Source: a virus (Duplodnaviria; Caudoviricetes). From it: a stretch of 64,000 nucleotides of DNA. The position numbers were made by a program, and so were the translations under genes. Shown here piece after piece: positions 11,127 through 22,600 of the stretch. The stretch covers positions 1 through 64,000 of IMG/VR virus record IMGVR_UViG_3300033121_001357. One strand, written 5' to 3'. Within the stretch, counting starts at the first letter, position 1. Every line of letters begins with the position of its first letter. The notes beneath the pieces are model-generated. The model ran no database searches and had not been told where the DNA came from. It saw nothing but the letters and a program-made list of their open reading frames with translations.

Positions 11127-12340
11127 TTTTCGATAATCCTAATAGCTTCAGTAATAGAGCCTTCCAGTGTAAGCCTCTCGTCGGCAAGTAGAGAGAAATT
11201 TGCATTCTTGATTGGTGTTGGCCTTCGAGTATTCGTAAGAATAGATGGACGCCACACATTCACTTCTGTCAAGGGGGCATTGGGTGCTCCGATATCCATG
11301 ATGCGGGTATCGCTCTTTAGGACTGCTGCAACAATGGAATTGATTACTAAAGTCCCACCTAGCGAGGTTGTAGAGACAATGTCAGCAATTGCCTGACGAA
11401 TGTTCTTGTTTACCTGTAGCTTTTCGGGAGCAGAAAGACCTCTCGAGTATTTAACATCCAAGGCCACTTCGAGTCCTGCTAGCTGTGGGGCCCGAACACG
11501 GATGTCCATTCCTAGAGCAGCAACGTTCGCTACAGCGATTCTAACGGCTTCTAAGGTCGCTGTGGACACAGCCCCTGTCTCGGTATCCAGAAGGATGTCT
11601 GCAGTCCCTATACCCCTGTATAGCTCCAGGATTACAACATCTGCCACAGACTGTACGCTAAGAGCGGCGAGTCTTACGGCGGTATAGTTTGCAGCTTCAG
11701 AACCAAGGATTGCATTCTGAATTCGATATCTAAAGAACGTATCGCTCTCTTGCTCGGCTCCGCTTTCGATTGAGCTAAGATTCTCAACAGCAAGCTTCTT
11801 CCTTGGGAATGAAGCATAGCTTTCGAACTGGATTCTAGTCAGGACCCCCTTTCCTATGTTGCTATTCACACCAGGCTTTAAAGCCCTTATGGAAATAAAG
11901 GTCTCTGTAGATGCTGGATCCAGTGTCAGGCTATATATAGTGGCGTATCGAATCTGTCCATCAGCAGAGCTGATAATCGTTCCAGATGGAATTGTCACAG
12001 GCAGGTTGTTGTTGATGGCGCCAAAAGTAGATCCGTCTTCAACAAATAGTCTCACGATCTGCATATCCGAGGAGACCATTGCAGTTGTTTGCTGCCCCCT
12101 CTTCACACCTACGAGCTCACCAATGAAATCTAGATAGACTCCGTTGGCACCACCGACCAGTCCTAAGACTGTATTTGCGGTGACAATTTCTTCTAGCCTT
12201 TCAATCTCAGCAGCCATAATTCCCATCAGAGTTCTAACCTTAGAACCTGGTGTAATTCTAGTTAGCTGGGTATTCTGCTTTAGCTGCGTAGTAACTCTTT
12301 CTAATATTTGATCTGCGTTTTCGATGATTATGTTAGCCAT
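11123..12340 (-). CDS. Baseplate J-like protein (405 aa)
   Basis: 'TPGSKVRTL', 'ANGVYLDFIGELVGVKR', 'IPSGT', 'A..PG...NI' and 'GAEQESD..FRYRI' are typical Baseplate_J motifs. Confidence 0.85.
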   Translation of the reverse strand: MANIIIENADQILERVTTQLKQNTQLTRITPGSKVRTLMGIMAAEIERLEEIVTANTVLGLVGGANGVYLDFIGELVGVKRGQQTTAMVSSDMQIVRLFVEDGSTFGAINNNLPVTIPSGTIISSADGQIRYATIYSLTLDPASTETFISIRALKPGVNSNIGKGVLTRIQFESYASFPRKKLAVENLSSIESGAEQESDTFFRYRIQNAILGSEAANYTAVRLAALSVQSVADVVILELYRGIGTADILLDTETGAVSTATLEAVRIAVANVAALGMDIRVRAPQLAGLEVALDVKYSRGLSAPEKLQVNKNIRQAIADIVSTTSLGGTLVINSIVAAVLKSDTRIMDIGAPNAPLTEVNVWRPSILTNTRRPTPIKNANFSLLADERLTLEGSITEAIRIIEK

Positions 12341-12341
12341 T

Positions 12342-12758
12342 TCAGTATCCTATAAATCTACTAGCATCTGAATCATATCCAAGTTCTTCGGTAATTTCAC
12401 CTTCGGAAGTTGCAACAATGATTCTGAATAGAAAGAGTCCATCAGAAATTCTGAAGGGGATGATCTCAAGATTTGCTGGACTGATTAATCTGTCCTCTGT
12501 TAGGGAAGATGTAATGGCTCGGGCGACTTTTCCTAGTAGGGTAGTAGTCCCCGGTTCTCCGATGAAGAACTCTAGGTTAGCTCCAATGTCTTTATTTAGA
12601 AGCCAGTCGCCCTTGATTGCCCTTAGCCTCATTCTGATCTCTTGAACAAGGGCTCTTGTAGAAGACGAAGACGTATCCTTGATGTCTCCCTTATTGTCTA
12701 TTTGAAAGTCCCCTTCATTAGAGAACCAAAGGTCAACCGAGTTTGCCATCTCATACAA
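12342..12758 (-). CDS. Baseplate gp25/gpW-like protein (sheath initiator)
   Basis: About 135 aa; 'GD....GDI..Q.IRMRL...KGDW.....IGANLE.FIG' pattern; immediately upstream of baseplate J. Start may be the Met of MANSVD. Confidence 0.7.
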   Translation of the reverse strand: MYEMANSVDLWFSNEGDFQIDNKGDIKDTSSSSTRALVQEIRMRLRAIKGDWLLNKDIGANLEFFIGEPGTTTLLGKVARAITSSLTEDRLISPANLEIIPFRISDGLFLFRIIVATSEGEITEELGYDSDASRFIGY

Positions 12759-13182
12759 CTCCTGCTAGAGCGGTCTGAATCTTAGCTACTTGGACGAAAT
12801 TCTTAACTGCGTCCATAGGAAGAGAGAACCTTAGTACCGGTATTGGAGTAAGAATAGTAGATGGAGCCGCTGATAGAAGGAGGTCATTTAGCTTCCACAG
12901 ACCTGCGATACGGATATTTCCAGGGGTGGTGGTCAGGCCTGCTGGTCCTCTGATCACGGTTCCACTCTGGCCAATTACAGAAATCCCTACAGTCTTAGTA
13001 GAGTCATCTGCATCTGGTGCACTAATGTCGATGATATCTGGCGTAAGTGCGATGGCGGCTCTTGCTGTGTCTGATGCTTTTAGTAGTTTCGTTTCTGTAT
13101 AGCGAAGTCGACGAATCTTACCAGCCAGGTCTGTCAGTTCCTGAATGGTTTCTGGAGGGTTTAGCTTTTCAAGAACTGCCAT
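12751..13182 (-). CDS. Hypothetical baseplate-region protein (143 aa)
   Basis: Coupled ORF between hub/spike and gp25-like genes. Confidence 0.5.
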   Translation of the reverse strand: MAVLEKLNPPETIQELTDLAGKIRRLRYTETKLLKASDTARAAIALTPDIIDISAPDADDSTKTVGISVIGQSGTVIRGPAGLTTTPGNIRIAGLWKLNDLLLSAAPSTILTPIPVLRFSLPMDAVKNFVQVAKIQTALAGVV

Positions 13183-13186
13183 GATC

Positions 13187-13558
13187 TTACTGTCCTACAA
13201 AGATAGAGTTCCTAATCGGAACGTATGTTGGCGTGTTTGAAGTGCCTGGTGTATGTGCCAGTTCTAGATACCCTTTCTTCGATTGCCATCCTGCACGATA
13301 GAGTAGAGCCAGGGTCTCTCCTGGCTTAATGCCCCGAGCAATAGTCTCGTGGCATGGGCCCTTGATTGGGAATCTAGTATCTTGGTCAACATCGGAGATT
13401 GTATCACTTGTTTCTCCGTTTACTATCAGCTGAACCGTGGCAGTGTTCTCTTCTGCAAAGTATTCTCTGATTCTGACAGGGATTGGAGCCTGCATGATTG
13501 ATTGCATATATCGTGCAAGAACGTTCTTTGTCTCTCTACCGGCTATCTTTTTAAACAT
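13187..13558 (-). CDS. Putative spike N-terminal (OB-fold-like) protein (123 aa)
   Basis: Directly downstream of the hub; 'VRIREYFAEENTATVQL...IKPGE' resembles gpV/gp5 OB-domain patterns. Confidence 0.4.
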   Translation of the reverse strand: MFKKIAGRETKNVLARYMQSIMQAPIPVRIREYFAEENTATVQLIVNGETSDTISDVDQDTRFPIKGPCHETIARGIKPGETLALLYRAGWQSKKGYLELAHTPGTSNTPTYVPIRNSIFVGQ

Positions 13559-16500
13559 TAGTACTCAGTGCTCCACCATTTAGCTACGCCAAATTTAATG
13601 ATCTCGACTGCATCTTCGAGACCATCGGTATAGTACCTCCACTTCTTGATGCCGTTATCAATAGCACCTGAAAGGTCTGTAATGAGTAGACCGTCTGTTT
13701 CCATCCCTTCAACGCCTGAGATATAGGGCTTGCCCTCTTTGATCAGGGGTGTGATGAGGATCGGCTCCCTTGTTGAATTGTACTTCAAGAACTTGTAGAG
13801 ACAGGAGCCGGCAATGATTGCGGCAATGGATACAGTAATCGGAAGGAATTCAAATGCAATCGCAGTTGCTGCACCTGTGGCAAAGCCGGCTACCTTCTCT
13901 CCATTGATATCTTGACGTATAGCTGTTGGTATTAGTCCAATGCCACCTCCCAAGAATGCTCCACCTTTAAACATGTTTTCGATGCCCTGCTTTTGGAGAA
14001 TCGGTGCTGCCTCAGCTGCATTGGTGGCAGCATTAGACCAGATTGTTTCCTCTAGTGTAAGTGGCTGAACTTTTGTTGCTTCAAGCACCTTTGGAGCATT
14101 TTGAGCAAAGGCTACGCCTTCATTCACCTGTGCCGAGCCCTTTGTAAGGTTCGCGATGCCTGAGCGCAATAGACCTGTGATTCCAAGACCCAGTAGGGCT
14201 CCATTTGTAAAGTCTTTGATCTGCTCAGTAAAGAACTGAGAGACTGCATCAACCATAAGAGTTGTAACTTCTTCTCGGACTGTCACTACCATATTGGGGA
14301 CAATCTCACTGATAAATCCAGTGTCTGGTGAGAATGTGTGGACAACCTCTTCAATCTCGATGGGACCGGCCATATCTGCATAGTTATCGTGAACCCAGAG
14401 CATGTCATATGGCTTGAGCTTTGCTCTACCAACAATAGTAAGGGTTCCCTTATAAACTCTCTTTAGAGAGTTGGCCAAGAGCTGAGATGCATAGCGCCTG
14501 GCCAGATCTGTTGTTGTACAGTTAGGCCATGCTTCAATTGTTCTTCTGATGTGATGCTCGCGAATATTGTCGTCTGCATTTACAGTAAGGACCTCTGGTG
14601 CCTCTTGGAAGAAGGTTCCGAAGTTTACATCATTGTCTGAATAATGAAGCTCAACACTATTAAAGGTATCTCGATGGTCGACCTTAATGCTGTTTGAGAT
14701 AATGTCATGAAGACTTGTAACCATCTCGTAGTTTCTGAATGGCCGCAACCTATCACGCTGAAAGGCTAGTGTAGACATAGCTAGTTGGTCTGAATCGATA
14801 GCTCCCCTTGGATTACTAAGGTTTCCTTTTGCAAAATTCTCATAGGTAGCCTTCTGCATTTCCATTACAGCAGCCTTTGCCTGAGGGTAGTACTTTGCAA
14901 AGAGCGTGGCGTCCTTGGCTCCGGCCTTAATCGCAAGAGCGGCGAGCTTTAGCTGATCACCCCCTGTATTTGCAATTAGCCTAATTCCTTCCTGAAGGGA
15001 GGCGTCTTCAACTAGCGGACTACTTGCCACCGCATTTGCTGTGAAGTTTAGACCAACCCCACCGTGTCCTCTACCTAGATTGATAATAGAATTCCTCAAG
15101 TCCATTCCATCGATCGTGGCAGACTTGAATTCATTCCTTAACTCATCCATGTCGTTAGCTGGACGAGATAGGTAAAGCTGGTCAGGCTGACCAAAGAACA
15201 TTGTCATTCGTGTATCGATACTATTGCCATACGGAACAGGATAGGCGATGTATCCGGGGTGCCTTAATTCCATCTCCTTAAACACATCCCAGATTGTAGT
15301 ATCCCAGTATACATACTCTAGATCGCCCCAGATGCGAGCCCACGAAGAAGCATAAGTATTTGTATCTGGAATGAAGAGATTGTCGTCTACAACACTCGGC
15401 TTCCAGGTCCAAGCCGTCTTGACCTTACCATCGGGACGAAGCTTCTCGTGTCCAAATAGACCACCAAAAAGGTCGACATCCTTGAGCTGCCACCTGCCGA
15501 AGTGACGAAGCTCCTCTCTGTCCAGAATGTCGTAGAGAAGGTCTGCGGTTGTTGTATTGTAGATGTCTACGTTCTCAGAAGGGTCATCCCCAAACCTCTT
15601 TGCAACAAGCTCAGTGCCATAGCCCTGGCATACAATTGTGATAAGCTTGTCTCCTTCGAATTGAGCGATCTGCCCAACGAAGACAGTCTCAAGTTCATTG
15701 GGGTCATTCACATAGCCAAACTTAACTACAACCTTCATCCCCTCTTTGATCACTGTGCTATAGAAAGGATTGTCGTCATCGACGAGCTGCTTTTCCTTAA
15801 CAGCTCTCCCATGTATATCAATAGGACCTGCAATGTCTCTATAACTTCCATCTGTCTTATAGTTGTATTTGCGATTGTAAAGAATGCCGTCGACGTCAAG
15901 AAGCTGAATGACACAGGTGCTTGCTGCCATATCCTTGGCATGAACGATGCTTATCTCCTTAATGGCATTGACACCATAAAAGTCATCTAGGGCTACTGTC
16001 TGGCCCAGCTTATCTAGAGCTCCCTCCAACTTACCATCAGGAGCTGCTAGACCTAACTCTCCGTCTTCTTCGACAAAGAAGATTTTAAAGGTAGGAAAGC
16101 TTCTCCTTACCGTATAGTGGTCAGAAGAGTATTTCTCGGCGAACCTAGAGAAGACCTCCTTATAAGCACCTTGCTCAAACTTGTGCTGAATTCTAACACC
16201 GTTCTCTAGACGCTCTCCGAATGCAGAGACGTCGTTGAATCCGCTGATGAGCTGGTCTGCATAGGCAGACTGATCGTACATGGGAGGAATGGTCTTTTCT
16301 CTTTGGTATGGCTTTCCAGATTCATAACCTCCTGTTTTTCTTGCGGCGATATCATTCTGAAGAACTGGCGTGACTCCGTTAATGGTTGCAAGAACTGTAG
16401 GATCCGGAGTTGCCTCGGCTCTATCAAATACCAGGGGTGTAGAGTACTTATTCGATTTGAATACGGTCGTGACAATATTTGATTGTGTGCCTGTTGTTTT

Positions 16501-19500
16501 GAATTTCCCCTTATTTACGCCATTGTCTCCGATATAGATGTCGCTCCTTCCCTTGTTTGCGGCACGAACAGTTCCGTCTAGCTGGTCCTGATCTGGATGA
16601 ACCCCGAGGATTCTCAGATAGTTATCGACTACCTGATCGATAGCAACCATGCCATAGCGCATACCTCTAGCCTTTGGTCGAGTGCTGGCACCAGCAGTCC
16701 CTAGGATCTTTTCTAGAGTTGCGGAATTACAAAGGTTCACATCTGATTCATTAACCAGAAAGAAGTCTGGGTTGGTGTCTACTGATAAACCAGTAATCGG
16801 GTTTGGAGGTAGTAATAGGTCGGGAAACGCCTGATTGCTCTTGTCGTACTTGATAGAACTACCGACAGTTGCATAGAGCTTTGCGAAATCATTATCCAGT
16901 GGCTTTGCTCCATTATCCGAGGAGCCAAGTAGGAGGACTAATGACTGTGCTGGCCCAGATGCCCAGATCTTGAATGATAGATCAGAGAGCGCTCCTGGGT
17001 TTTCCCTGTCTCCAAATAGGGCATATAGTACCCCTCTCTGGAATCTTCCCTCAAATGCAAAAGCCTTTTCGTTCTCTAAGAAATACTCTCCAGCTTCAAC
17101 CTCTTCTGAATAGTAAGCGATAAGGTCTTTATCAGTTCTACCAAATGGCACTGGTATAGTTCTAGCCAATAGATCGGCCAAGGCACGAATCTGAGGAGAC
17201 CCGATTACCATACTTCTTGGAGCGTTATAGGCTGTTTCAATAGTGATTTTTGAAACGGCACTTGAACCAGATCCAGAAATCTCTTCTTTAAGGAAGGTGC
17301 CAAAACCCTTATTTGTAGTGACTTCGGTACTAATCCAGCGCTTCTTAAGAAGTGTTTCTACGACCTTGAGTGCCATTGTATTATAGTTGGCTTCTGCACT
17401 TGGAACGATGATTGGTCGAAGCTGTTCGTTTATAGTGTTGTCAATCAGACGGAGTGTGATATCCAATCCTCCTGGACTTCCCTGGACCGTGTCTACATTG
17501 ATGCTTTCAATCAAAACGTTCTTAATGTTTAGCGCATTAAGAAGATCATTCCTAATGCTAACCCCCTGCCTTCTAGCGAACTCTCTGAAGGAGATAGCCG
17601 AGTATTCATAAGAGTTCTGAAAGTTCTGAAGCAATCTTAAGAACTCTCTTCCCGTGCTTCCTTCAGCCCTGATAGAGATAGTTGCCACCGTATGCTGTCC
17701 ACCAGTGTACTGGATGGTTGGGAACCTGTGTCCATCGAGGGGCATCATTACAAGGTTGTTACCGAAGCCGACATTGATATCGGTCGGGATTACAGAAGTC
17801 TCTAGATCTGCTGTGTCTAACGTGTACTGAGTAATCTGTGCGATCTTACCCGTGACTGCGTTCTGGACAAAGTACCAATTGCCATCAATCGCGTTTGCAA
17901 GCTCAACCAGAACTGCATCCTCATCTGTCTTTGGATTTGCTCCAATCTTTCTAGCTGTCTCCTTGAGCTGATCTCTTGTCATCGCCTCTGGTGCGATTGG
18001 AGTAGCATGATTTTGTAGAGCAAGAACGGCCATGCCCATTGGGTCCATTACTGCAGAGATTCTGACTGCACTCTCTGTAGTGTCATTCTTCACCACAGGA
18101 GTCTTCATATCTGTCTCAACGAATAGGCCCAATGAAATAGGGTCTAGAGCAGGACCCTGATCAGCATCCCTCCCCTGTCTATATTCGAAGTGTAGGTGTG
18201 GGAAATTAGCCTTTGCTGCTGTTAGTCCAATCTCAGCAAAGACTTCTCCTTGCTTGATAGGTCCAACCTTTGCCCTAACATTCTGAAGGTGGATGTACTT
18301 ACTGGTATTGCCATTAGGATGCCTGATGGCAACAAAGGCTCCAGCTCGCCATGCTGGATTGGTGATAAGCTTGCCTTCTTTATTTCTAATCTGCTGTGGA
18401 AGGGCACGCCACTGCTCTTCGGTCTGGACCTTAAAGACAATACCATCCATTACAGCACGAACAGGGGTGCCTACTGGACCCTGAAGGTCTGTGCCTCCAT
18501 GCATTCTTCCATGACGCATTCCTACACGGCCACCTACCTGGTTATACTTTAACTTGCCAGGGATGGGTGCTAGAAGCTTGCCAGAGACAGCGGTTCTAAT
18601 CGCATGCATCGCCTCTAGGGGGTTTTGCTTTGTAAGCTCCTCTGCAACCTGCCTGGCTGCCATGAGGCGCCTTTTCTCACTCATCTCCTGAAGGATCTGA
18701 CCTACTGACTTTGGACCACTTGGAGTCTCAATAGTTTTTGGGGCCTTCATAATGGTAAAGTCAAACGCAATGTTCTCATTAAAGCCGCTGAGATGGAATG
18801 CTGGCATAGCCGACATTGTCTTTGCTAGGTAAGCCTCTGGGCCATCCTTCTGAGCAAGGACTGCAGGATTTGTTGACTTGTACTTATAGGGCCAAAGGTA
18901 TTCATTCAGAGGACGAGCTTCAAAGATATTCTCTGTCTGGCTGTGATATGCGGTTGCATTATAAACAGTAGATGGATGTCCGTAGTTCTTGATAAAGAAT
19001 GCACGTCCGGTATCCGAATCAGACTGAGTCTCCTTCTCTCCTTGGGCCTTTAATGAGGCATAGATGTTTCTAAATTCTGCAACAGAATTCATTCCGTTGT
19101 TGTCCACCCATTCTTTACGAAACTTAATCCGTGGGGTGAATGGACGATGGTTGTACCAAGTAAATTGGAATTCTGCACTGAGAGCATAAGGCATCCCTCT
19201 GACAGTTGAGATGTTCACCATCTTCAGGAATGCGCCGATGTTCTCATCTGGAACAACAGGAAGGACTGTATAAAGAAGCTCGTTCTTGATAAAGCAAAGC
19301 GGCATCCTCTTAAGACTATAAAGGATCGGCATTAGCGTATTGTTGATAGAGCCAAGATCGGTCCCATTCTCTCCGTTGAGGTCTTCAGTTACACCGGTAA
19401 AGATAGCGGATACGACGAAGTCGATCTGGCTCTGTCCGCTGCGACTCTTGGTAGATTCGCGCGTTCTTAGCGTCTCGAACTTGAAGTTGTTGTTCCGCTC

Positions 19501-19608
19501 TGAGAAGGAGATAGCATTTGGTGGAATGGGGAATCTGATCCCATTAATCTCAAACTCCCCGGATGGTAGAATGCCTGGGTCGGATAGTTCTGTTGAATTA
19601 AGATCCAT
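13558..19608 (-). CDS. Baseplate hub / tail-associated lysin with internal M23 metallopeptidase (2016 aa)
   Basis: M23 motifs HGGTD (HxxxD, about 18487-18501), YIHL and PHLHFE (HxH, about 18190). The C-terminal half has hub-like 'G..V.V..GY......VF.G.I' and 'G....VGRA.LKPYD...G...IEEV.H.F....GF' patterns. Confidence 0.75.
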   Translation of the reverse strand: MDLNSTELSDPGILPSGEFEINGIRFPIPPNAISFSERNNNFKFETLRTRESTKSRSGQSQIDFVVSAIFTGVTEDLNGENGTDLGSINNTLMPILYSLKRMPLCFIKNELLYTVLPVVPDENIGAFLKMVNISTVRGMPYALSAEFQFTWYNHRPFTPRIKFRKEWVDNNGMNSVAEFRNIYASLKAQGEKETQSDSDTGRAFFIKNYGHPSTVYNATAYHSQTENIFEARPLNEYLWPYKYKSTNPAVLAQKDGPEAYLAKTMSAMPAFHLSGFNENIAFDFTIMKAPKTIETPSGPKSVGQILQEMSEKRRLMAARQVAEELTKQNPLEAMHAIRTAVSGKLLAPIPGKLKYNQVGGRVGMRHGRMHGGTDLQGPVGTPVRAVMDGIVFKVQTEEQWRALPQQIRNKEGKLITNPAWRAGAFVAIRHPNGNTSKYIHLQNVRAKVGPIKQGEVFAEIGLTAAKANFPHLHFEYRQGRDADQGPALDPISLGLFVETDMKTPVVKNDTTESAVRISAVMDPMGMAVLALQNHATPIAPEAMTRDQLKETARKIGANPKTDEDAVLVELANAIDGNWYFVQNAVTGKIAQITQYTLDTADLETSVIPTDINVGFGNNLVMMPLDGHRFPTIQYTGGQHTVATISIRAEGSTGREFLRLLQNFQNSYEYSAISFREFARRQGVSIRNDLLNALNIKNVLIESINVDTVQGSPGGLDITLRLIDNTINEQLRPIIVPSAEANYNTMALKVVETLLKKRWISTEVTTNKGFGTFLKEEISGSGSSAVSKITIETAYNAPRSMVIGSPQIRALADLLARTIPVPFGRTDKDLIAYYSEEVEAGEYFLENEKAFAFEGRFQRGVLYALFGDRENPGALSDLSFKIWASGPAQSLVLLLGSSDNGAKPLDNDFAKLYATVGSSIKYDKSNQAFPDLLLPPNPITGLSVDTNPDFFLVNESDVNLCNSATLEKILGTAGASTRPKARGMRYGMVAIDQVVDNYLRILGVHPDQDQLDGTVRAANKGRSDIYIGDNGVNKGKFKTTGTQSNIVTTVFKSNKYSTPLVFDRAEATPDPTVLATINGVTPVLQNDIAARKTGGYESGKPYQREKTIPPMYDQSAYADQLISGFNDVSAFGERLENGVRIQHKFEQGAYKEVFSRFAEKYSSDHYTVRRSFPTFKIFFVEEDGELGLAAPDGKLEGALDKLGQTVALDDFYGVNAIKEISIVHAKDMAASTCVIQLLDVDGILYNRKYNYKTDGSYRDIAGPIDIHGRAVKEKQLVDDDNPFYSTVIKEGMKVVVKFGYVNDPNELETVFVGQIAQFEGDKLITIVCQGYGTELVAKRFGDDPSENVDIYNTTTADLLYDILDREELRHFGRWQLKDVDLFGGLFGHEKLRPDGKVKTAWTWKPSVVDDNLFIPDTNTYASSWARIWGDLEYVYWDTTIWDVFKEMELRHPGYIAYPVPYGNSIDTRMTMFFGQPDQLYLSRPANDMDELRNEFKSATIDGMDLRNSIINLGRGHGGVGLNFTANAVASSPLVEDASLQEGIRLIANTGGDQLKLAALAIKAGAKDATLFAKYYPQAKAAVMEMQKATYENFAKGNLSNPRGAIDSDQLAMSTLAFQRDRLRPFRNYEMVTSLHDIISNSIKVDHRDTFNSVELHYSDNDVNFGTFFQEAPEVLTVNADDNIREHHIRRTIEAWPNCTTTDLARRYASQLLANSLKRVYKGTLTIVGRAKLKPYDMLWVHDNYADMAGPIEIEEVVHTFSPDTGFISEIVPNMVVTVREEVTTLMVDAVSQFFTEQIKDFTNGALLGLGITGLLRSGIANLTKGSAQVNEGVAFAQNAPKVLEATKVQPLTLEETIWSNAATNAAEAAPILQKQGIENMFKGGAFLGGGIGLIPTAIRQDINGEKVAGFATGAATAIAFEFLPITVSIAAIIAGSCLYKFLKYNSTREPILITPLIKEGKPYISGVEGMETDGLLITDLSGAIDNGIKKWRYYTDGLEDAVEIIKFGVAKWWSTEY

Positions 19609-22600
19609 TAACTGCCTCTCTCAATTCTGCGTCTAATATACTCTTCGTTAATTCTAGAACGGTAATCATTGACTGTTAGATTTACGCCTGCATCTGGGAA
19701 GTTGTGCTTGAGTCTTTCTGCTATAGCATTTGAATTAACAGGGGAGGATGTGCTGCCCGTGATCCTAATAGACTTACCGGAACCAACTGCTACTGGCGCA
19801 AAGTTCCCCATGTCCATAGGAGGCGTTGTAGGCTCCCCTGTTCTATGTGCACCTTCAGCTCCATCTGCTACTTCTGAGGAGATATTTCCAGGAGAGCTTA
19901 GCAGCATAGACGTTGCAATAGCAAGACCAGCTCCGACTAAAAGAGGCTTCTTGTGCTTTAGGAATGTGCTGTAGACGTCCTCAAAGGATGTCGCCGCATT
20001 CCTAACATGCCTTCCTAGAGAAGAGCCCTCAGAGGCAGCTACAAGCTCTGCTGTTGCATTCTTATAGAGCTGTCCATGTAAGGTGTCCAATGACCCCTTC
20101 CTCATAAGGGTTATCATTCTTTCTAGCTGTTCAACACCTGCATCTTGCCCTCTAAGGGTCCTCAAGAGATTGCCCTCACCCGTAGCCACGGCCTTGTGAG
20201 CAGATTCAATGATTGCAGTTGTGTTTTCAATTGATGCAATCTTTCCAAGTGTCTCTAGGTTTCCCTCTGTACCATGTAAAGCGAGAAAGTGATTCCTGAA
20301 GTTTTCAGCTACTGTAGGAACCCCAACGTCTCTAAATTTACCCTGAAGAGCATGCATCATATATTCAATGTGATCTGCAGCTTCAGCCATCTTACCTGCA
20401 CCAATCTGTCTGGCCTTTAGTGGACTCTCAGGCATTACTCCATAGAGCATCTCACCATAGAGTCTCATATCAACCATACTGGAAGGAGTCGCCTGTCGGA
20501 AGACTCGGCGAGAGAAGTCTGTGGCGTTTGTCATGGCACCGATGCTACCCTTCTCAAGTTCTGCGGCTTTTGCAGCAGCAATACGTCTGGCGTTCCATTC
20601 CGGAGTGCCAGGTATAACATCTGCTGCCTCGATCATCTTGGCTTCCTTGGCATCCTTAAGCGCTGAGTAGAGCTTGGCCTGACGGATCTTATAGATAAAG
20701 CCCTCTTCAGCTAGCTGATGCTCAGCGGTCATCTGTTGTGGCCGAAGTCCCTTTAAGAAATCCTCCTCATTGGAAATGATAGCATCCCTTTCCTGTTTGG
20801 ATAGACCTGCATATTTGGCAACAATACTCTGGTGATATCGAGACCTTGTCTTAAGTTTGTCATAGGTATTTCTATCTTTGATTGCAAAGAGGTTTAGCTG
20901 GTCATCGTCAAAGTCTGCGCCGAAGATAAGTTCCATATGCTTTGGAAGCATGACCTGACTACCAGCATGCTTTTGCTTAACTGCTCGCTTAATAGCTCTG
21001 CTATAGAGGTCAAGCTCTCGACTCTCACTATGCATAAAATCGTAGTTTTGCTGCTGCTTTGCGATTGCCTCATTGGCGCTCTTTGTAGTTCTGTCGAGGA
21101 CCTTCCTTCCCTTCCGTCTGGTTGTCTTGTATCCCTTCCCCTTCTTCTTTCTTGCACCTTCTGTTTCTGCCTTGACCTTACCAACTTCTATCTCAGCCTT
21201 TCTCTTTGCATCATGCAAGAGTCTTGCAGATACAACTTTATCAAATAGAATTCGGTTCTTTGTCTTTAGGTACTCCGCTGAGTCCAAGGAGAAGAGGCTC
21301 GTCTTAAGGCCTGTGATATCTTCGGCATTCCGGATGATGGTATCAGCGTGCTTTTCTAGGACCTTGTCTAAGCTTCCCACATTTGCAGCACTAATACGAA
21401 ACATCTCTGTTGGAGGATCTCTTGAGAGGATCATAGCAGCCTTGCCTGAACGCAGGTCTGCCATACGCTCTGCAATCTCGTCAGCATCAGCACCTAGCTG
21501 CCTCAACTGCTTTTCGTATTCACTCTCTCTAATAAGAGGCTTGTGTTCCCAGCCTTCAAGACCCATCTCTGCAAATGTTTCCGGCAATAGATTCGACTGT
21601 GCACGTAGACGGGAAGAGCCGCTTACTGGTCCGGAGAGAGCGGCAGTGGGAGACTGGTTCTTACCAATTGTAATCTTGGCAGCTTCGTCTCCATAAATAG
21701 CAGCACCTCTCATTGCCTCTGCCTCATTCCCGTTAGCCATACTTTCAATAGTATCAACCAATGCAGTATCTAGTTTCGTGGAGGCTACCCTACCCCCTGG
21801 ACCAGTAAAGCCACCTGTGTGCTTACTGATCTCTTCTGGGTGATAGATGTATCGCCCCTTATCTCCCTTTCCTGTTACATCAAATACCAGGGGTGCGTTG
21901 TCGCCCAAGTCGAATGTCTCTCTCATTGTGCTGAAGGCCTTTGATCTCTTTAGCTGATTTCTAGAGATTAGGTCTCTGTAGATGCCCTCATCGAGATTTG
22001 CATTCTGTAGATCCAAAGCAGTAATGGCTTTGACATTGGGTGAGATTCCCTCCATGAACACGCCAACTCTACGATAGACCTCGTTCCCCTCTTCAATATC
22101 AAATCCACTTCTTCGACCTAAGAGCTCGATCATAGCATCGGCCATTGCTCCGCCTTGGGCCCTACCATGCTCTGCCATCTGCATTGAGATTGAGCCCATG
22201 CGACCTGAACCGCTTGTGACAGCAGAGTTACCACCGATGGAAAATACGTGGTTTTTGATTCCATACTGGAGCTGAGACTGTAAGGCACGTCCGTACGCTG
22301 TACGGACTCCGCCTGCTGTAAACGTTCCTTTCCTCATGTACGTATAGAACGCTCGTGCTGCAGCGTCATCACCAAGTTTAGCAATCCTACCAAAGGCCTC
22401 TCTCTGTGGTCCCGATACCTCTTCGGCCTGGCTTAGGTCTTCAAAGAGCTTGCTGGCACTCCACATGCCCCGCCCCTTCCTCTTGACAGTTAGGGCAGCA
22501 GCCTTATCGAAATTCTCTGCCAAGTTTCCCTTAGACTCATCAAATACAAGTGATCCAACCTTACCTGTAAGGCCCACACCTCTGAAGACTCTCTGCTCAG

